This document shows positions 48,362-58,509 of a stretch of 64,000 bases of DNA, one piece after another. The stretch covers positions 3,104,001 through 3,168,000 of the forward strand of contig OY761159.2 of the NCBI GenBank assembly GCA_963664395.2, in the 5' to 3' direction. Position 1 is the first letter of the stretch. Each line of letters starts with the position of its first letter. The notes beneath the pieces are model-generated. The model did not search any database. It saw nothing but the letters and a program-made list of their open reading frames with translations, and had not been told where the DNA came from. Both the position numbers and the translations under genes were made by a program. The DNA is from Candidatus Binatia bacterium. Its GTDB lineage: Bacteria; Desulfobacterota; Binatia; Bin18.

Positions 48362-48393
48362 CAAGCAGACGCAGCAGGAGCTGCGTCTGCTTG
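48362..48393. terminator. 14-bp stem hairpin between convergent genes
   Basis: caagcagacgcagc-agga-gctgcgtctgcttg. Confidence 0.65.
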
Positions 48394-48398
48394 TCTTC

Positions 48399-49676
48399 TT
48401 AGAAGAAGATAAAGGATCGGACCACGACGTTCCTGCGGCAGGAGGCGTCGTCGGGCGCGGTTGGGTCGATGCAGGCAGAGTGGAAAGACCAGCGCGAGAC
48501 GGAGCCGTCGGTGACCGAGTCGTAGCACTTGAGCATCGAGACCTCGGTGGGCTTCTGCTCGGGAAGCCAGTACCACTCGTGGTTGGGGCGGTAGGTGAAG
48601 CGGGTGGTCTCGCCGACGCGGTCGTCGTAGATACGGTAGTTGTTGATGTACGGCTGGTCGGCGAAAGAGGGCCAGGCGCACAGCACGAAGGGGTTCTGGC
48701 GCACGGTCTCCATCGGCTTGGCGAGGTTGATCGACATGAACCGCCGCGACATCTTGGCGTCGGCCTCGGCCTCCGTGTAGTGCTGCGTGCGCCCGAAGTT
48801 GCGCAGGTTCTTCGTGAGCAGCTCGCGGCAGCGCACGCGGCCGCTGTTGTCATTCAGGTCGTTGTGCACGATATTGGCGTAGAAGGTGTTGACCCCAGGA
48901 TTCTTGTTGTCCTGATCCTCCTTGACATCGCCCTTGTAATCCTTGTCAAACACGTCGTGGTTGTACACGAGCGCATCGGTCGCACCGGGGAAGAAATCGA
49001 GCAGGAGTTTCTCTATCTCCGGGTAGAACACGCGCTCCACCTCGGTCGCGTCGTAGAAATTTTGGCACTTCGATTCGCAGTGGGCGAGCGAGACGCCGAG
49101 CTTGTCCATGCACTCGGAGCTCGTGGGCGAGAGACCGGGATGGTACTCCTGCATGCGTCGCGCGTCGCGCAGGATTTGCGGAAAATAGAGACCTCGCCGC
49201 CCGATCTCCTGCTCTTCCTTGCGAAACATTTTTACCTCGGCCGCGTGCGCCGGGTCCCGCCAGATGGCGTTGGACGAGACGATGGAGTAGGACGGCTGTT
49301 CGTGGACAGTGTAGCGTAGCGGAAGTGCGACGCCGCCCTCAGGAGCCTCGATGTTGCTCGACCGAATATATTCCAGGCACTCTGCGTAGCTACGAAAGCC
49401 GAGGCCCCACCTGGTCTCGATCGGGCCGGGAGGGGCGTTCTCGATCATGTCGATGACCGCTTGCCCTTCACCCTCGGCAACCTGGCGGAGCGCCGCCTCC
49501 ATTGCCGCAGCAGTTCCCGCATCCCCGCCCCGGTCGAACGACATATAGGATAAACCACCGTTCGCCGCGATGGGTGGCGGCTGCCCTACTGTGAGTTGGA
49601 GGGGAGGCACATAGGCCGACGAAACGCTCTCCGTAATCCCCACAATGTTGTTCTCGATGGTCTTGACCCGGTCCAT
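48399..49676 (-). CDS. CmcJ/NvfI-family oxidoreductase with N-terminal extension
   Basis: FYPEIE, VHND, WYW.PEQ.P.EV.MLKCYDS, SFHSA..DP, RR....RS. Confidence 0.8.
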   Translation of the reverse strand: MDRVKTIENNIVGITESVSSAYVPPLQLTVGQPPPIAANGGLSYMSFDRGGDAGTAAAMEAALRQVAEGEGQAVIDMIENAPPGPIETRWGLGFRSYAECLEYIRSSNIEAPEGGVALPLRYTVHEQPSYSIVSSNAIWRDPAHAAEVKMFRKEEQEIGRRGLYFPQILRDARRMQEYHPGLSPTSSECMDKLGVSLAHCESKCQNFYDATEVERVFYPEIEKLLLDFFPGATDALVYNHDVFDKDYKGDVKEDQDNKNPGVNTFYANIVHNDLNDNSGRVRCRELLTKNLRNFGRTQHYTEAEADAKMSRRFMSINLAKPMETVRQNPFVLCAWPSFADQPYINNYRIYDDRVGETTRFTYRPNHEWYWLPEQKPTEVSMLKCYDSVTDGSVSRWSFHSACIDPTAPDDASCRRNVVVRSFIFF

Positions 49677-49883
49677 AGCATGCCTCCCAGTTAAAGATGC
49701 CAAATCGTGGCACACAGGGTTTGTCTTGGCAAGAGCCTATATTGCCTGGTCTTCAGATGTTGCTCCATTCCCCTGTCAACGGCCATCGTCGTCTCGTTCG
49801 TTTCCCCGGCGGCGTCACCGCAGCGTCAGCAAATAGAGCGGGCAATATCGCTTGCGTGACTCGAGTCTCGGAAGTGAGGCAGC

Positions 49884-50255
49884 TTAGTCCAAGGCGTAGA
49901 TCGTGCCTGTGATTGACCGCGTCGCTAAATCCCACACTTCGACGAAGAAAAAGCAATTCCCGTCTGTAGCCATGTTAATCGCCTTCACTTCCCACTGGTG
50001 GTGCCCACTCTTGCGCCATACCCCCGTGACGACTTGGGGCACCACGCTGCCATCCGGGCGAAAATCTTGGACCCGGCCCGTCAGTGGGCCCGTCTCCCCG
50101 GCCGCATCCACCGCCGGGCCGAACGTTGCCGTATACATATACGTGCCGAACGACCCGGCGTCTCCCTCGGCATTCATAACGGAGCCTTCCGCCGTTATCG
50201 TTGCTGACGTGACCTTCCCCGTGTAATCCGCAACCTTCTCCCCAATTGGACCCAT
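49884..50255 (-). CDS. Hypothetical beta-barrel-like protein
   Basis: AGGAG RBS, 123-aa ORF with alternating beta-strand pattern. Confidence 0.65.
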   Translation of the reverse strand: MGPIGEKVADYTGKVTSATITAEGSVMNAEGDAGSFGTYMYTATFGPAVDAAGETGPLTGRVQDFRPDGSVVPQVVTGVWRKSGHHQWEVKAINMATDGNCFFFVEVWDLATRSITGTIYALD

Positions 50256-50539
50256 CGCTCTGCTCCTTTTCTCTGCCGGTCGTCCCAGGGAGAGCCTGCG
50301 GCCCCTCCGCTGGCTCTCCCTGGGAGGATTGATCAACCCCTTATACCCCCCTACATCGTCGTGTCTGTGTAAGCTACCGCAAATTGTACCTGGGAGCCGT
50401 CTCCCGTAGGCTAGAGCGCCGGATAGACGAGCAACAGAATACGTCCATCCTATTGTAATCAGGATAGTCGAGGACCGTCTTCAGGAAAGATCGGATTCCT
50501 GGTATGGGTGCGTCGATAGCATCCCAAAGGGGAAAACAC

Positions 50540-51007
50540 GTGGCAGGACGATTGGATGGAAAGGGCGCTCTTGTGACCGGAGGTGCATCGGGTATTGGCC
50601 AGGCGACAGCACTCATCTTTGCGCGCGAAGGCGCAAAAGTGGTGGTGGCTGATGTCGCGGTCGAGGGTGGAGAGGGGACGGTCCGGCAAATTCAAGCCGC
50701 GGGCGGGGAAGCCATTTTTGTCCAAACCGATGTCTCACAAGCGGCCGCCGTTGAAGCCCTGGTGAACAAGGCGGTCGAAACGTATGGCCGCCTCGACTGT
50801 GCGTTTAATAATGCGGGAATTAGCGGCGCGGTGAAGACGACGACTGAGTGCACGGAAGAAGAGTTTGACCGCACGATTGCCGTCAACCTGACTGGGGTGT
50901 GGTTGTGCATGAAGTATGAAATTCCACAGATGCTCAGCCAAGGGGGCGGTTCGATTGTGAATACCGCCTCGGCCGCAGATAGCGCTGCCGATCACCTACA
51001 GACCTGA
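50540..51007 (+). pseudogene. SDR, 3'-truncated before the YxxxK motif
   Basis: Close paralog of 5270-6031 (TGGASGIG, ETYGRLDCAFNNAG, IVNTAS); homology ends at NTASAA. Confidence 0.85.
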
Positions 51008-51127
51008 GCCTCCGGGTTTCGTGGAGAAAAGGCGATTTGCCCCTCGTCCAATCCAGGGTAAGTTAGCGTCTCACTGATCGGCGCAGAAGAAACCTCACAG
51101 ATGGACACATCGGCCCTGGAGTGATGT

Positions 51128-51373
51128 ATGCCTAGACCGCTGTTGTTTGCGGCGTTCGTCATGAACACCGCGTCTCACATCCTGCATGGCGTGTGGCGCC
51201 GACCGGATGCCCGTCAGATCGAATTTAACTCCCTGGAGCTGTGGGTCAACCGGTCGAAGGAACGGTACTGTCCTAATTAGGCCGCTTGAGGCTTTTAAGC
51301 AGATGGAAAATCAAAGACTTAGCCTGACAAATGAGTTCAAATTAGGACAGTACCGAAGGAACTGGAGGTTTGA
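51128..51373 (+). pseudogene. NtaA/DmoA-type LLM N-terminal fragment interrupted by a MITE
   Basis: MPRPLLFAAFVMNTASHILHGVWRRPD...LELWVNRSKE|LE. Confidence 0.7.
51264..51354. mobile_element. 91-bp MITE with perfect 15-bp TIRs and 8-bp target site duplication
   Basis: ggtactgtcctaatt...aattaggacagtacc flanked by gaaggaac at 51256-51263 and 51355-51362. Confidence 0.92.
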
Positions 51374-51447
51374 CTTTCAGAAGCCAAAGAGCCTATACTC
51401 CCTGCACGAATTCTCTGACAATTCGCTGACGAAAAGGAGGATGTCCC

Positions 51448-52089
51448 ATGGCACACACCACAGCGTTTGATCCGCACAGGAAAACCGATTGGCGCATTGA
51501 TCCCGCAAACGTCGCGCTTCTCATTATCGATATGGAGAACGACGTCCTGCTACCTGGAGCGCACAGCGAGGTACCGGCCGCTCGTGAGATCGTCCCAACC
51601 ATCAACCGGCTGGCTCACACGTGCCGGCAAGCGGGAGTACCGGTCATTTGGATCCGGCATGTTGAACGGAAAGACGGCAGCGATGCCGGCCTGATGTGGG
51701 ATTTTCTGCCGCCCATGATCGAAGGGACGACAGGGGTCGAGCTCTACGCCGAGCTTGACGTCCAGCCTGAAGATCATCAGGTCCAAAAGTGTCGCTGGAG
51801 CGCGCTCATTCCTGGCTCGTCTAACCTTGAGGGCCTCTTGCGAGGTCTCAAAAGGGAAAGTCTGATTATCACCGGGGTTGCTACCAATATCTGTTGTGAG
51901 TCCACCGCACGGGACGCTGCGATGCTGGACTATAAGGTGTTTTTTGTCAGCGACGCCAACGCCACCTATTCGCAACAGGCCCATGAGGCAAGCCTCGAAA
52001 TTCTGCGTCTGGCCTTCTGCCGGGTGCTCACGAGCGATGAAGTGATCGCTGAGCTCGAAGTGCCAGACAGCCTGCGGGCGACTGCCTAA
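51448..52089 (+). CDS. Isochorismatase-like cysteine hydrolase
   Basis: ALLIIDMEND, K.RWSA, GVATNICCESTARDA. Confidence 0.9.
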   Translation: MAHTTAFDPHRKTDWRIDPANVALLIIDMENDVLLPGAHSEVPAAREIVPTINRLAHTCRQAGVPVIWIRHVERKDGSDAGLMWDFLPPMIEGTTGVELYAELDVQPEDHQVQKCRWSALIPGSSNLEGLLRGLKRESLIITGVATNICCESTARDAAMLDYKVFFVSDANATYSQQAHEASLEILRLAFCRVLTSDEVIAELEVPDSLRATA

Positions 52090-52121
52090 AGACGAGCGCT
52101 CGCCACAAGGGGAGGAGACTG

Positions 52122-53300
52122 ATGCGTGTGCTGCTACTCGGAGGCGCGGGCACCCAAGGCTCTCGGGTTGCCAAGCTTTTGGCCCAGGAAAACAGTATTA
52201 CTGAACTTGTTGTCTCAGATTTGGACGGTGAGCGGGCCAAGCGGGTTGCTCAAGAGGTTGGGGCGAGCGCAGGTCTCGGTCTGGACATTCGTGATCATAC
52301 GGCCCTCTTGGCGGCCGCGCGCAACACAGATCTCATCGGCAACTTTGCCGGCCCGTATTCCGATACGGGTCTGCCCGGTATGCGCGCTGCTGTAGAGGCG
52401 GGAGTCCACTATGTCGATATCAACGATGATCTCAACGTAAGTGATCTGGCGGCTCAATATAGTGGAGAAGCTGAGCGGCGTGGCTGTACGCTCGTCCTGG
52501 GAATCGGAGGTTCCCCAGGACTGACGAACCTCTGGGCCCGAGCTGGGGCAGATAGGCTGGAGCGCGTAGATCGGATTGGTCTAAATTGGATTGCCAGCAT
52601 CAGCGTTTTTGCCCGCGCCCTGTGGATCCATCGGATGGGTATGGCGAGCGCCTCTGTTCCTGTCTGTCGCGCTGGACAGGTCCAAGAGATCCAGGCCTGG
52701 ACAGAGGAGGAAAGCTTAAATTTTCCCCCGCCGATCGGTCGGCAGACCGTACGAGTAGTAGGACATGGGGAGCCCTTGATGCTCCACGCCTCTCGTGCCC
52801 TGCTCAAGGAGCCGCAGGCAGTCGTGTGTAAGGGTGGGTATTGGGTGGAGGAGTTTAACTCACTCCTGACCTTTCTACGAGACGCGCGTTTGTGCACCAC
52901 AGAACCCTTGCAAGTTGGCGAGAGTCCTATTGTCCCCTTTGATTTTATGGTGGAGTTTTTGACCTCGCGGTACTTTGTCGAGAGCCCACTATTCCAACGG
53001 ATTACAGCGCTCGATGCTGCCAAGGGGACTGGATTTGGGGTCGTTGTCTATGTCGAGGGAGAGAAGCACGGTGTCCGTACCCGCTGTACGTTTCGTGGGG
53101 CTTCAGCCGATCGAAACCTGATTATCACCGGACCAGCGGTCACTGCCATCATGCTCTTAGCCGATGGGACAATTACGCAGCGAGGGGTCCTTTTCCCTGA
53201 AGCCCTGCCTTCTGAACCGGTCTTGAACTACTTGAGGAAGCGTATGACATGGGAGGAGGAAATGGAAAGCCTGGAGGATACTCAGATATCTCCCACATAA
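52122..53300 (+). CDS. Saccharopine dehydrogenase-like NAD(P)-dependent oxidoreductase
   Basis: GGAGTQG, NFAGPY, HYVDIND, GIGGSPGLTN, H.E, RGVLFPE. Confidence 0.85.
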   Translation: MRVLLLGGAGTQGSRVAKLLAQENSITELVVSDLDGERAKRVAQEVGASAGLGLDIRDHTALLAAARNTDLIGNFAGPYSDTGLPGMRAAVEAGVHYVDINDDLNVSDLAAQYSGEAERRGCTLVLGIGGSPGLTNLWARAGADRLERVDRIGLNWIASISVFARALWIHRMGMASASVPVCRAGQVQEIQAWTEEESLNFPPPIGRQTVRVVGHGEPLMLHASRALLKEPQAVVCKGGYWVEEFNSLLTFLRDARLCTTEPLQVGESPIVPFDFMVEFLTSRYFVESPLFQRITALDAAKGTGFGVVVYVEGEKHGVRTRCTFRGASADRNLIITGPAVTAIMLLADGTITQRGVLFPEALPSEPVLNYLRKRMTWEEEMESLEDTQISPT

Positions 53301-53481
53301 GGACAACGGCCTATCTTTGTCCCTACAACCCCTGTTCTCAGCATAGAAGCTTCTGCACACAATCAGGAGGAAAAGTCCAATGCCACTCGACAGTTTATCA
53401 GATGCTGGAATTGAGACCCGGGCGCTCTCGGCGCACCGACCAGCTATCATGGGAAAAGCCTATTAGGGTCAAGTCTTGCAA

Positions 53482-54074
53482 TCATACACTCTGGCGCGCC
53501 TTGTAGCGCTTTAACCGCCGACTGACCGTCGAGTAGTGCACCTTAAGCTGATGGGCGATCTCTTTCAACCGATAGCCATGCTCCCGATACGCCTGCCCGA
53601 TCTCCTCCGGTGTCCCCGATTTGACCACATCGGCTAACGTCAGGCGGAGGGGCTGTCGCTGCACCCGAGGAATTTCGGCGGCCGTGCCTCCTGCTGGCAA
53701 CCCGGCAATAAAGGTCTCATCTCCATAATAAATCTGGCCACTGAGTTCCTGCCACGGCTGGTGCCCCACCCCCTCCGCCACAAACCGGCAATACGCCCGA
53801 CGCGCCTTTCGCAAGTCCGTCCCAAACTGGCTGAGAGTCCAGGCGACATTCAGCCAAGTCGGGCGGCGCCCCAACGGCCACGTCATGGCACGATAATTAC
53901 TCCAGGGCCAGTCGGCTGCTGTCTCCACCAAACCAGCTCGTACTGGGTTTAAGACCACGTACCGACACAATTCTAATAAGTGGGTATCTTTTTGCACGAC
54001 GATGGCCTTGTAGCGCCCTTGAAAGACGTGACCCACCTGCCCATGGCGTCGATTGAAGCGTTGCGTGTAGACGC
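53482..54074 (-). pseudogene. Y1/RAYT-type transposase with C-terminal HTH, 5'-truncated
   Basis: YTQRFNRRH..VGHVFQGRYKAIVV, RYVVLNPVRAGLV....WPWSNY, LKEIAHQLKVHYSTVSRRL; HUH-containing N-terminus absent. Confidence 0.85.
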
Positions 54075-54482
54075 CTACGTATTGCGCCGTTTCTGCACGA
54101 GAATATCGAGCGTCTGCCCGTCCTGATCGACGGCGCGCCATAAGTAGTAGCGCTCCCCCCTGATCTTGATAAACAGTTCGTCGAGATGCCACGTATCTCC
54201 TGGTCGTCCGCGGCGATGTCGTAACTTCTTGGCGAAGGCTTGGCCGAATTTGAGACACCAGAGACGGACCGCTTCGTAACTGACGACCACACCCCGTTCG
54301 GCTAACAACTCCTCCACTTCGCGGAAGCTGAGACTGAAGCGATGATACAGCCAGACGGCATGGGCAATGATCTCGGGTGGAAACCGATGCTTTCGATACA
54401 GACTCGTGCTATGGGAACTCATGCCTCACTTACCGCATACGACACCGATGTCTGGCAAGCCCCTCGGTAAGTTGACAATGCC
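54075..54482 (-). mobile_element. IS6-family element left part (IRL plus 5' transposase, CDS 54075-54422)
   Basis: HRFPPEII.HAVWLY.RF.LS.REVEELLAERG, WHLDE, YLWRAVDQDG..LDILVQ; IRL ggcattgtcaactt ending at 54482. Confidence 0.9.
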
Positions 54483-54727
54483 GTCCAAGATGTAATTGAC
54501 AAAGTACCTTATAGGTCCATTATATGAGTTTCACTAAAGAAGATCATCCTCCATGACGCTGCAGGACGTACCAACTGGGAAAAAGGAGCTTCATACGGCA
54601 ACCAACAGCACCTCTGTGTATATCCCCTCCTCTAGTCGAGGATATACGGATTCTCCAAGCGTGAGATGCGAACATAGCTCTCTATAGATCTCTCAAGCCC
54701 CGAACTGCTCTTGAAGATGAGGGTACC

Positions 54728-55234
54728 GTGTCCGCCATTGACATCATTAAGCGCCGGCTCAAAGAAGACCGCATCTCAGACACCCCGGAAGACATTGGGG
54801 AGAAGAAAAAGCGCCCGCGAGAGGTCGCTTTTATGGACGTGAACCTCTGCTTTCCCTGTGGCAAGTGTCCCGAGTTCTGTCCGGTGCAGTGTATTGAGTA
54901 TCTTGCCCCCAATACACTGCCCGGCCGAGGGGTGCAGCCCGTTCAAGATCGCTTTCAGGAATGTATCGGATGTTACATCTGCGTGGAGGTCTGCGCCCTG
55001 CTGACCGACTATGATGCGGTGCGGATGTATGACGTGAACCTGGTAGAACAGCTGATCGGCGAGACCGTTGGCGATCGAAAACCAGACGCATACATCCCAG
55101 CTCAACCGTACGAGGAATATTTTTCTGAAGGGGAGGAAAAGAGTGTCCGACATCTGGGGGCGGGCTCTCGTATCCGGGAGAAAATGAACGCTGAAGAGCG
55201 GGCACTCTTAGAAAGCGAGCGAGTGCGATCATAA
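54728..55234 (+). CDS. 2[4Fe-4S] dicluster ferredoxin-like protein
   Basis: CFPCGKCPEFCP and CIGCYICVEVC. Confidence 0.85.
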   Translation: MSAIDIIKRRLKEDRISDTPEDIGEKKKRPREVAFMDVNLCFPCGKCPEFCPVQCIEYLAPNTLPGRGVQPVQDRFQECIGCYICVEVCALLTDYDAVRMYDVNLVEQLIGETVGDRKPDAYIPAQPYEEYFSEGEEKSVRHLGAGSRIREKMNAEERALLESERVRS

Positions 55235-55326
55235 CAGCAATGCATCAATAAGCCCCACAGGAACTCTGACGAGGAGATCAAGGTGGCAGCTGCCACCAAT
55301 ACAATCGAAGCCCTGACCAACCAGGA

Positions 55327-55511
55327 ACGCCGCAACATCTTTCCTTAGTGAGGTGCTATACGCCCGAGGAGGTCAGGGAATTGAAGCAGATGGAGAAGGA
55401 ATGGGGTTTCGCCATGTCGAAGCGGGTCCCTTGGTCCGCAGCTCGTATTACGCTGAGGGGCAGGTGCCAAAAGCGGAATCTGTCTTGGGCCAGGGAAATG
55501 CCAAGTGGTGA
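55327..55511 (+). pseudogene. lipA: Degenerate 3' end of lipoyl synthase
   Basis: TPQHLSLVRCYTPEEVRELK, then a frameshift to MGFRHVEAGPLVRSSYYAE (LipA RSSY motif). Confidence 0.75.
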
Positions 55512-55559
55512 CAATGCCTCTCTGTTCCTAGCCTCGCCGACCTCGTCAAGGAGCCTACC

Positions 55560-57110
55560 ATGACCACCAATCGTCAGCTGACTGCCACCTGGACCTATCA
55601 TAACGGCACGAAGCACTCGTGGGAGAGTATTCGCAGCGATCCGCACAGCCTCGACTGGAAAAATTATCCGCTGGCGTTTAAAATGTACGCCACTCTGGAT
55701 CCGGTGCCGCTGCCTCACGAGTGGCCGCCCGTGTCGCTGCCAACCCTCTCGGCCATTGCGGGAACCAGTCCTGAACAGAACGACGAGTGCATCCCGGACC
55801 TGTTGACGCTGGCCAAGCTCTTGTTTCTTTCGGCGGGTATCACCAAACGCCGGACACACGCTGGCGGGGAGATGTACTTTCGCGCCGCAGCCTGCACCGG
55901 CGCCCTCTACCATATTGACCTCTATCTCGTGTGTGGGCAGCTCCCCGACCTGTCGGCCGGAGTCTACCATTTCGGCCCCAACGACTTCGCCCTGCGCTGC
56001 CTCCGCCCGGGGGATTATCGGCAGGTACTCATCCAAGCCAGTGGTCAGGAACCTGCGGTGGCCTGCGCCCCGGCACTGCTCGTGTGCACGAGCACGTACT
56101 GGCGCAACGCGTGGAAGTATCAAGCCCGCACCTATCGCCACTGCTTTTGGGATGCCGGGACGTTGCTGGCCAACACGCTGGCAGCGGGAGCAGGGCTGAA
56201 ACTACCCATACGGATTGTTGCAGGGTTTGCTGATTCTGTAGTGAACCAACTCCTGGATCTCGATACGGACCGTGAAGTCGCCCTCGCTCTTGTGCCAGTC
56301 GGCTCTACCACGAGATCCGGCCCTGATACGCCACCGGCGATTGAACCCCTCCAGTTGCCGACCGTTCCGTCCTCAAAGACAGAAGTGGATTATCCGGCGA
56401 TTCGGGTGATGCATGCCGCCTCGACCTTAACGCAGGACGAGGTCCTCTCGTGGCGGGGAGCCCTTTCCGCCCGAGCTGTTCCTCCCTGCACTGGTCGCCT
56501 GTTTCCGCTCGTGCCCCCCAGTGCCCACGAGTTCCCTGATACCGGGCTTGAGCACGTGATTCGGCACCGCGGCTCAAGTCGGGCTTTTGCCCCTGAAGCC
56601 ATTACCTTGGCCCAGCTCTCAGCCATGCTGCAACAGTCGACCTGTGGCGTGCCAGCTGACTGCCTCGATCCCTTTGGGGCGACGTTTACCGCTCTCTACC
56701 TGATCGTCAATGCGGTTGATGCGCTGCCTTCAGGCAGCTACGTCTTCCACCGCGAGCAGAACGCACTGGAAGTATTGCGGGAAGGAGATTTTCGGGGCGA
56801 GGCAGGGCATTTGGGGTTAGGACAGGAGTTGCCGGCTGATGCGAGCGTCAATATTTTTTGCCTTGTCGAGCTTCCCCCTCTATTAGAGCGCTTCGGGAAT
56901 CGCGGCTATCGCGCCGCCCAACTCGAATCGGCCATCATTGGGGGTAAAGTCTACCTGGCAGCGTACGGGCAACGCTTGGGGGCGACGGGCCTGACGTTTT
57001 TTGATGATGAGGTGACGCAGTTCTTCTCTCCGCACGCCGCAGGTAAGAGTGTCATGTTTCTCATGGCTGTTGGGAAGCCGGTCAAGAGGCGGCTAGAGAT
57101 ACAGAAATGA
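55560..57110 (+). CDS. SagB/ThcOx-family tandem nitroreductase-fold dehydrogenase
   Basis: YHNGTKH, RAAACTGALY, NAWKYQARTYRH..WDAG, second domain RGSSRAF...GNRGYRAAQLE, GATGLTFFD. Confidence 0.88.
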   Translation: MTTNRQLTATWTYHNGTKHSWESIRSDPHSLDWKNYPLAFKMYATLDPVPLPHEWPPVSLPTLSAIAGTSPEQNDECIPDLLTLAKLLFLSAGITKRRTHAGGEMYFRAAACTGALYHIDLYLVCGQLPDLSAGVYHFGPNDFALRCLRPGDYRQVLIQASGQEPAVACAPALLVCTSTYWRNAWKYQARTYRHCFWDAGTLLANTLAAGAGLKLPIRIVAGFADSVVNQLLDLDTDREVALALVPVGSTTRSGPDTPPAIEPLQLPTVPSSKTEVDYPAIRVMHAASTLTQDEVLSWRGALSARAVPPCTGRLFPLVPPSAHEFPDTGLEHVIRHRGSSRAFAPEAITLAQLSAMLQQSTCGVPADCLDPFGATFTALYLIVNAVDALPSGSYVFHREQNALEVLREGDFRGEAGHLGLGQELPADASVNIFCLVELPPLLERFGNRGYRAAQLESAIIGGKVYLAAYGQRLGATGLTFFDDEVTQFFSPHAAGKSVMFLMAVGKPVKRRLEIQK

Positions 57111-57202
57111 GCTCAGGAGCTGAGGCTCGGTGAGGAATGGAGATCTCTTAAAACAACAAGGCTGTTACTGTCGTCGTGAAGAGCTTCAAGGAGGGTAAGC
57201 GT

Positions 57203-57412
57203 ATGATGAATGAAGACACCTTCAATATGGAAGTGCGGAAATTTCTGAAAAAGGTTGGCGTCACCTCTCAGCAGGAAATTGAGAGAGCGGTGAGGGAGGC
57301 GGTGAAAGGCGGGAGCTTGGCTGGCTCCGAGCGCCTCAAGGCGCGGATGAAGCTTGAAGTCGAAGGCGTCAATGTGGACCTGACGATTGAGGGTGAGATT
57401 GCACTCTCCTAA
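57203..57412 (+). CDS. Small conserved protein (DUF6494-like)
   Basis: MNEDTFNMEVRKFLKKVGVTSQQEIERAV. Confidence 0.8.
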   Translation: MMNEDTFNMEVRKFLKKVGVTSQQEIERAVREAVKGGSLAGSERLKARMKLEVEGVNVDLTIEGEIALS

Positions 57413-57952
57413 ACAGCCGCTCCCAAGAGTGAGAGGAGGCTACCATTACAAAAGGCGAACAAGGCCGGCAGCACTTGGCGAGTGCGGCGAAAGACGCCGT
57501 GCTCTGGCTTGAACGCCACCAGGACTGCTTGATAGATCCGAACATGATCACAGATGCGCTGCGGCGACAGTGGCAAGCCCAGGCAAAGGCACTCAGGCGA
57601 GCCGTGCGGGAAGTCGACGCTACGCTTGGAACGACCTATCGACCCGCACCTCGGTCCTAGTTGGACTCCGGCAACGAAACATCGACGAACCATGTCCCGG
57701 AGAAATTGCCCGATGCACTACCTGTCTCCTCAACAGTAATGAATCTTGCACTCCTTCGGACCACAACCCCGCGCATCGTGCGCCGTAATGGCGAGACATA
57801 TCAGGAAGGGGTGCTACAAGCTGCTATAGAGAGAGTCGGCCCTGCTCCGGTTTGAGCGTTTTGAACAGAGAACCACAGTCCTTCAACTTCGCTCCGCTAC
57901 GTCTGGAAGCTCGTTATCTCTTCGGCTTCCCGTTTGTCAGCCTGGGTCTTTT

Positions 57953-58495
57953 TCAAGCGGGCTCGCTCAAACCGCTGACGATGGACGTTCCGCCAGTGAA
58001 AGGATTGGGGCGGCTGGAGCTGATGTTCTTGAGATTGTAGTGCTTGCCTTTATACGAGAACGGATCCTGGGTCCACATGCCGCGGATGACTTCAATGCCT
58101 TCTTCCAGCAGGGACGCCCGTTGTTTGCGGGGAATGCCATAGCCCTCGAACTCGGACGGCGAATAGCCTTGTCCAAAACCCATGTCAAAGCGACCATTGG
58201 AAATGATATCAACGGTTGCGGCATCTTCTCCAACGCGCACCGCATTGTGCAACGGCAGCAGCAACAGAAACGTCCCAATCCGGACCCGACTGGTCATGGT
58301 CGCCACAGCGCTGGCAATCGGCAGGAGGGACGGCGAGTAGCCATCTTCAGCAAAGTGATGTTCGGTCAACCAAACGGTATCGTAGCCGAGTTCTTCCGCT
58401 ATCCGGGTTTGTTTGAGTTGCTCGGCATAAAACTGCGACCACGGTGTGCGCCACTGGGGCGGATTGCGAAACGGAAATAACAAGCCTACGTCCAT
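57953..58495 (-). pseudogene. LLM monooxygenase, 3'-truncated
   Basis: GYDTVWLTEHHF, EDAATVDIISNGR, FSYKGKHY; homology ends at about residue 160. Confidence 0.82.
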
Positions 58496-58509
58496 GTTGT
58501 CCTCCTTGA

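Noticed and set aside
53482-54258. 258-aa ORF as one intact transposase
   Set aside because: Its first ~60 codons are an alternative frame of the IS6 fragment and it lacks the HUH motif
55560-57110. RiPP (azole) biosynthetic cluster suggested by the SagB-like gene
   Set aside because: No YcaO, precursor peptide or transporter nearby; stand-alone SagB-like proteins are common
57420-57950. Short ORFs downstream of the DUF6494-like gene
   Set aside because: No recognisable motifs or clean starts; probably decayed sequence
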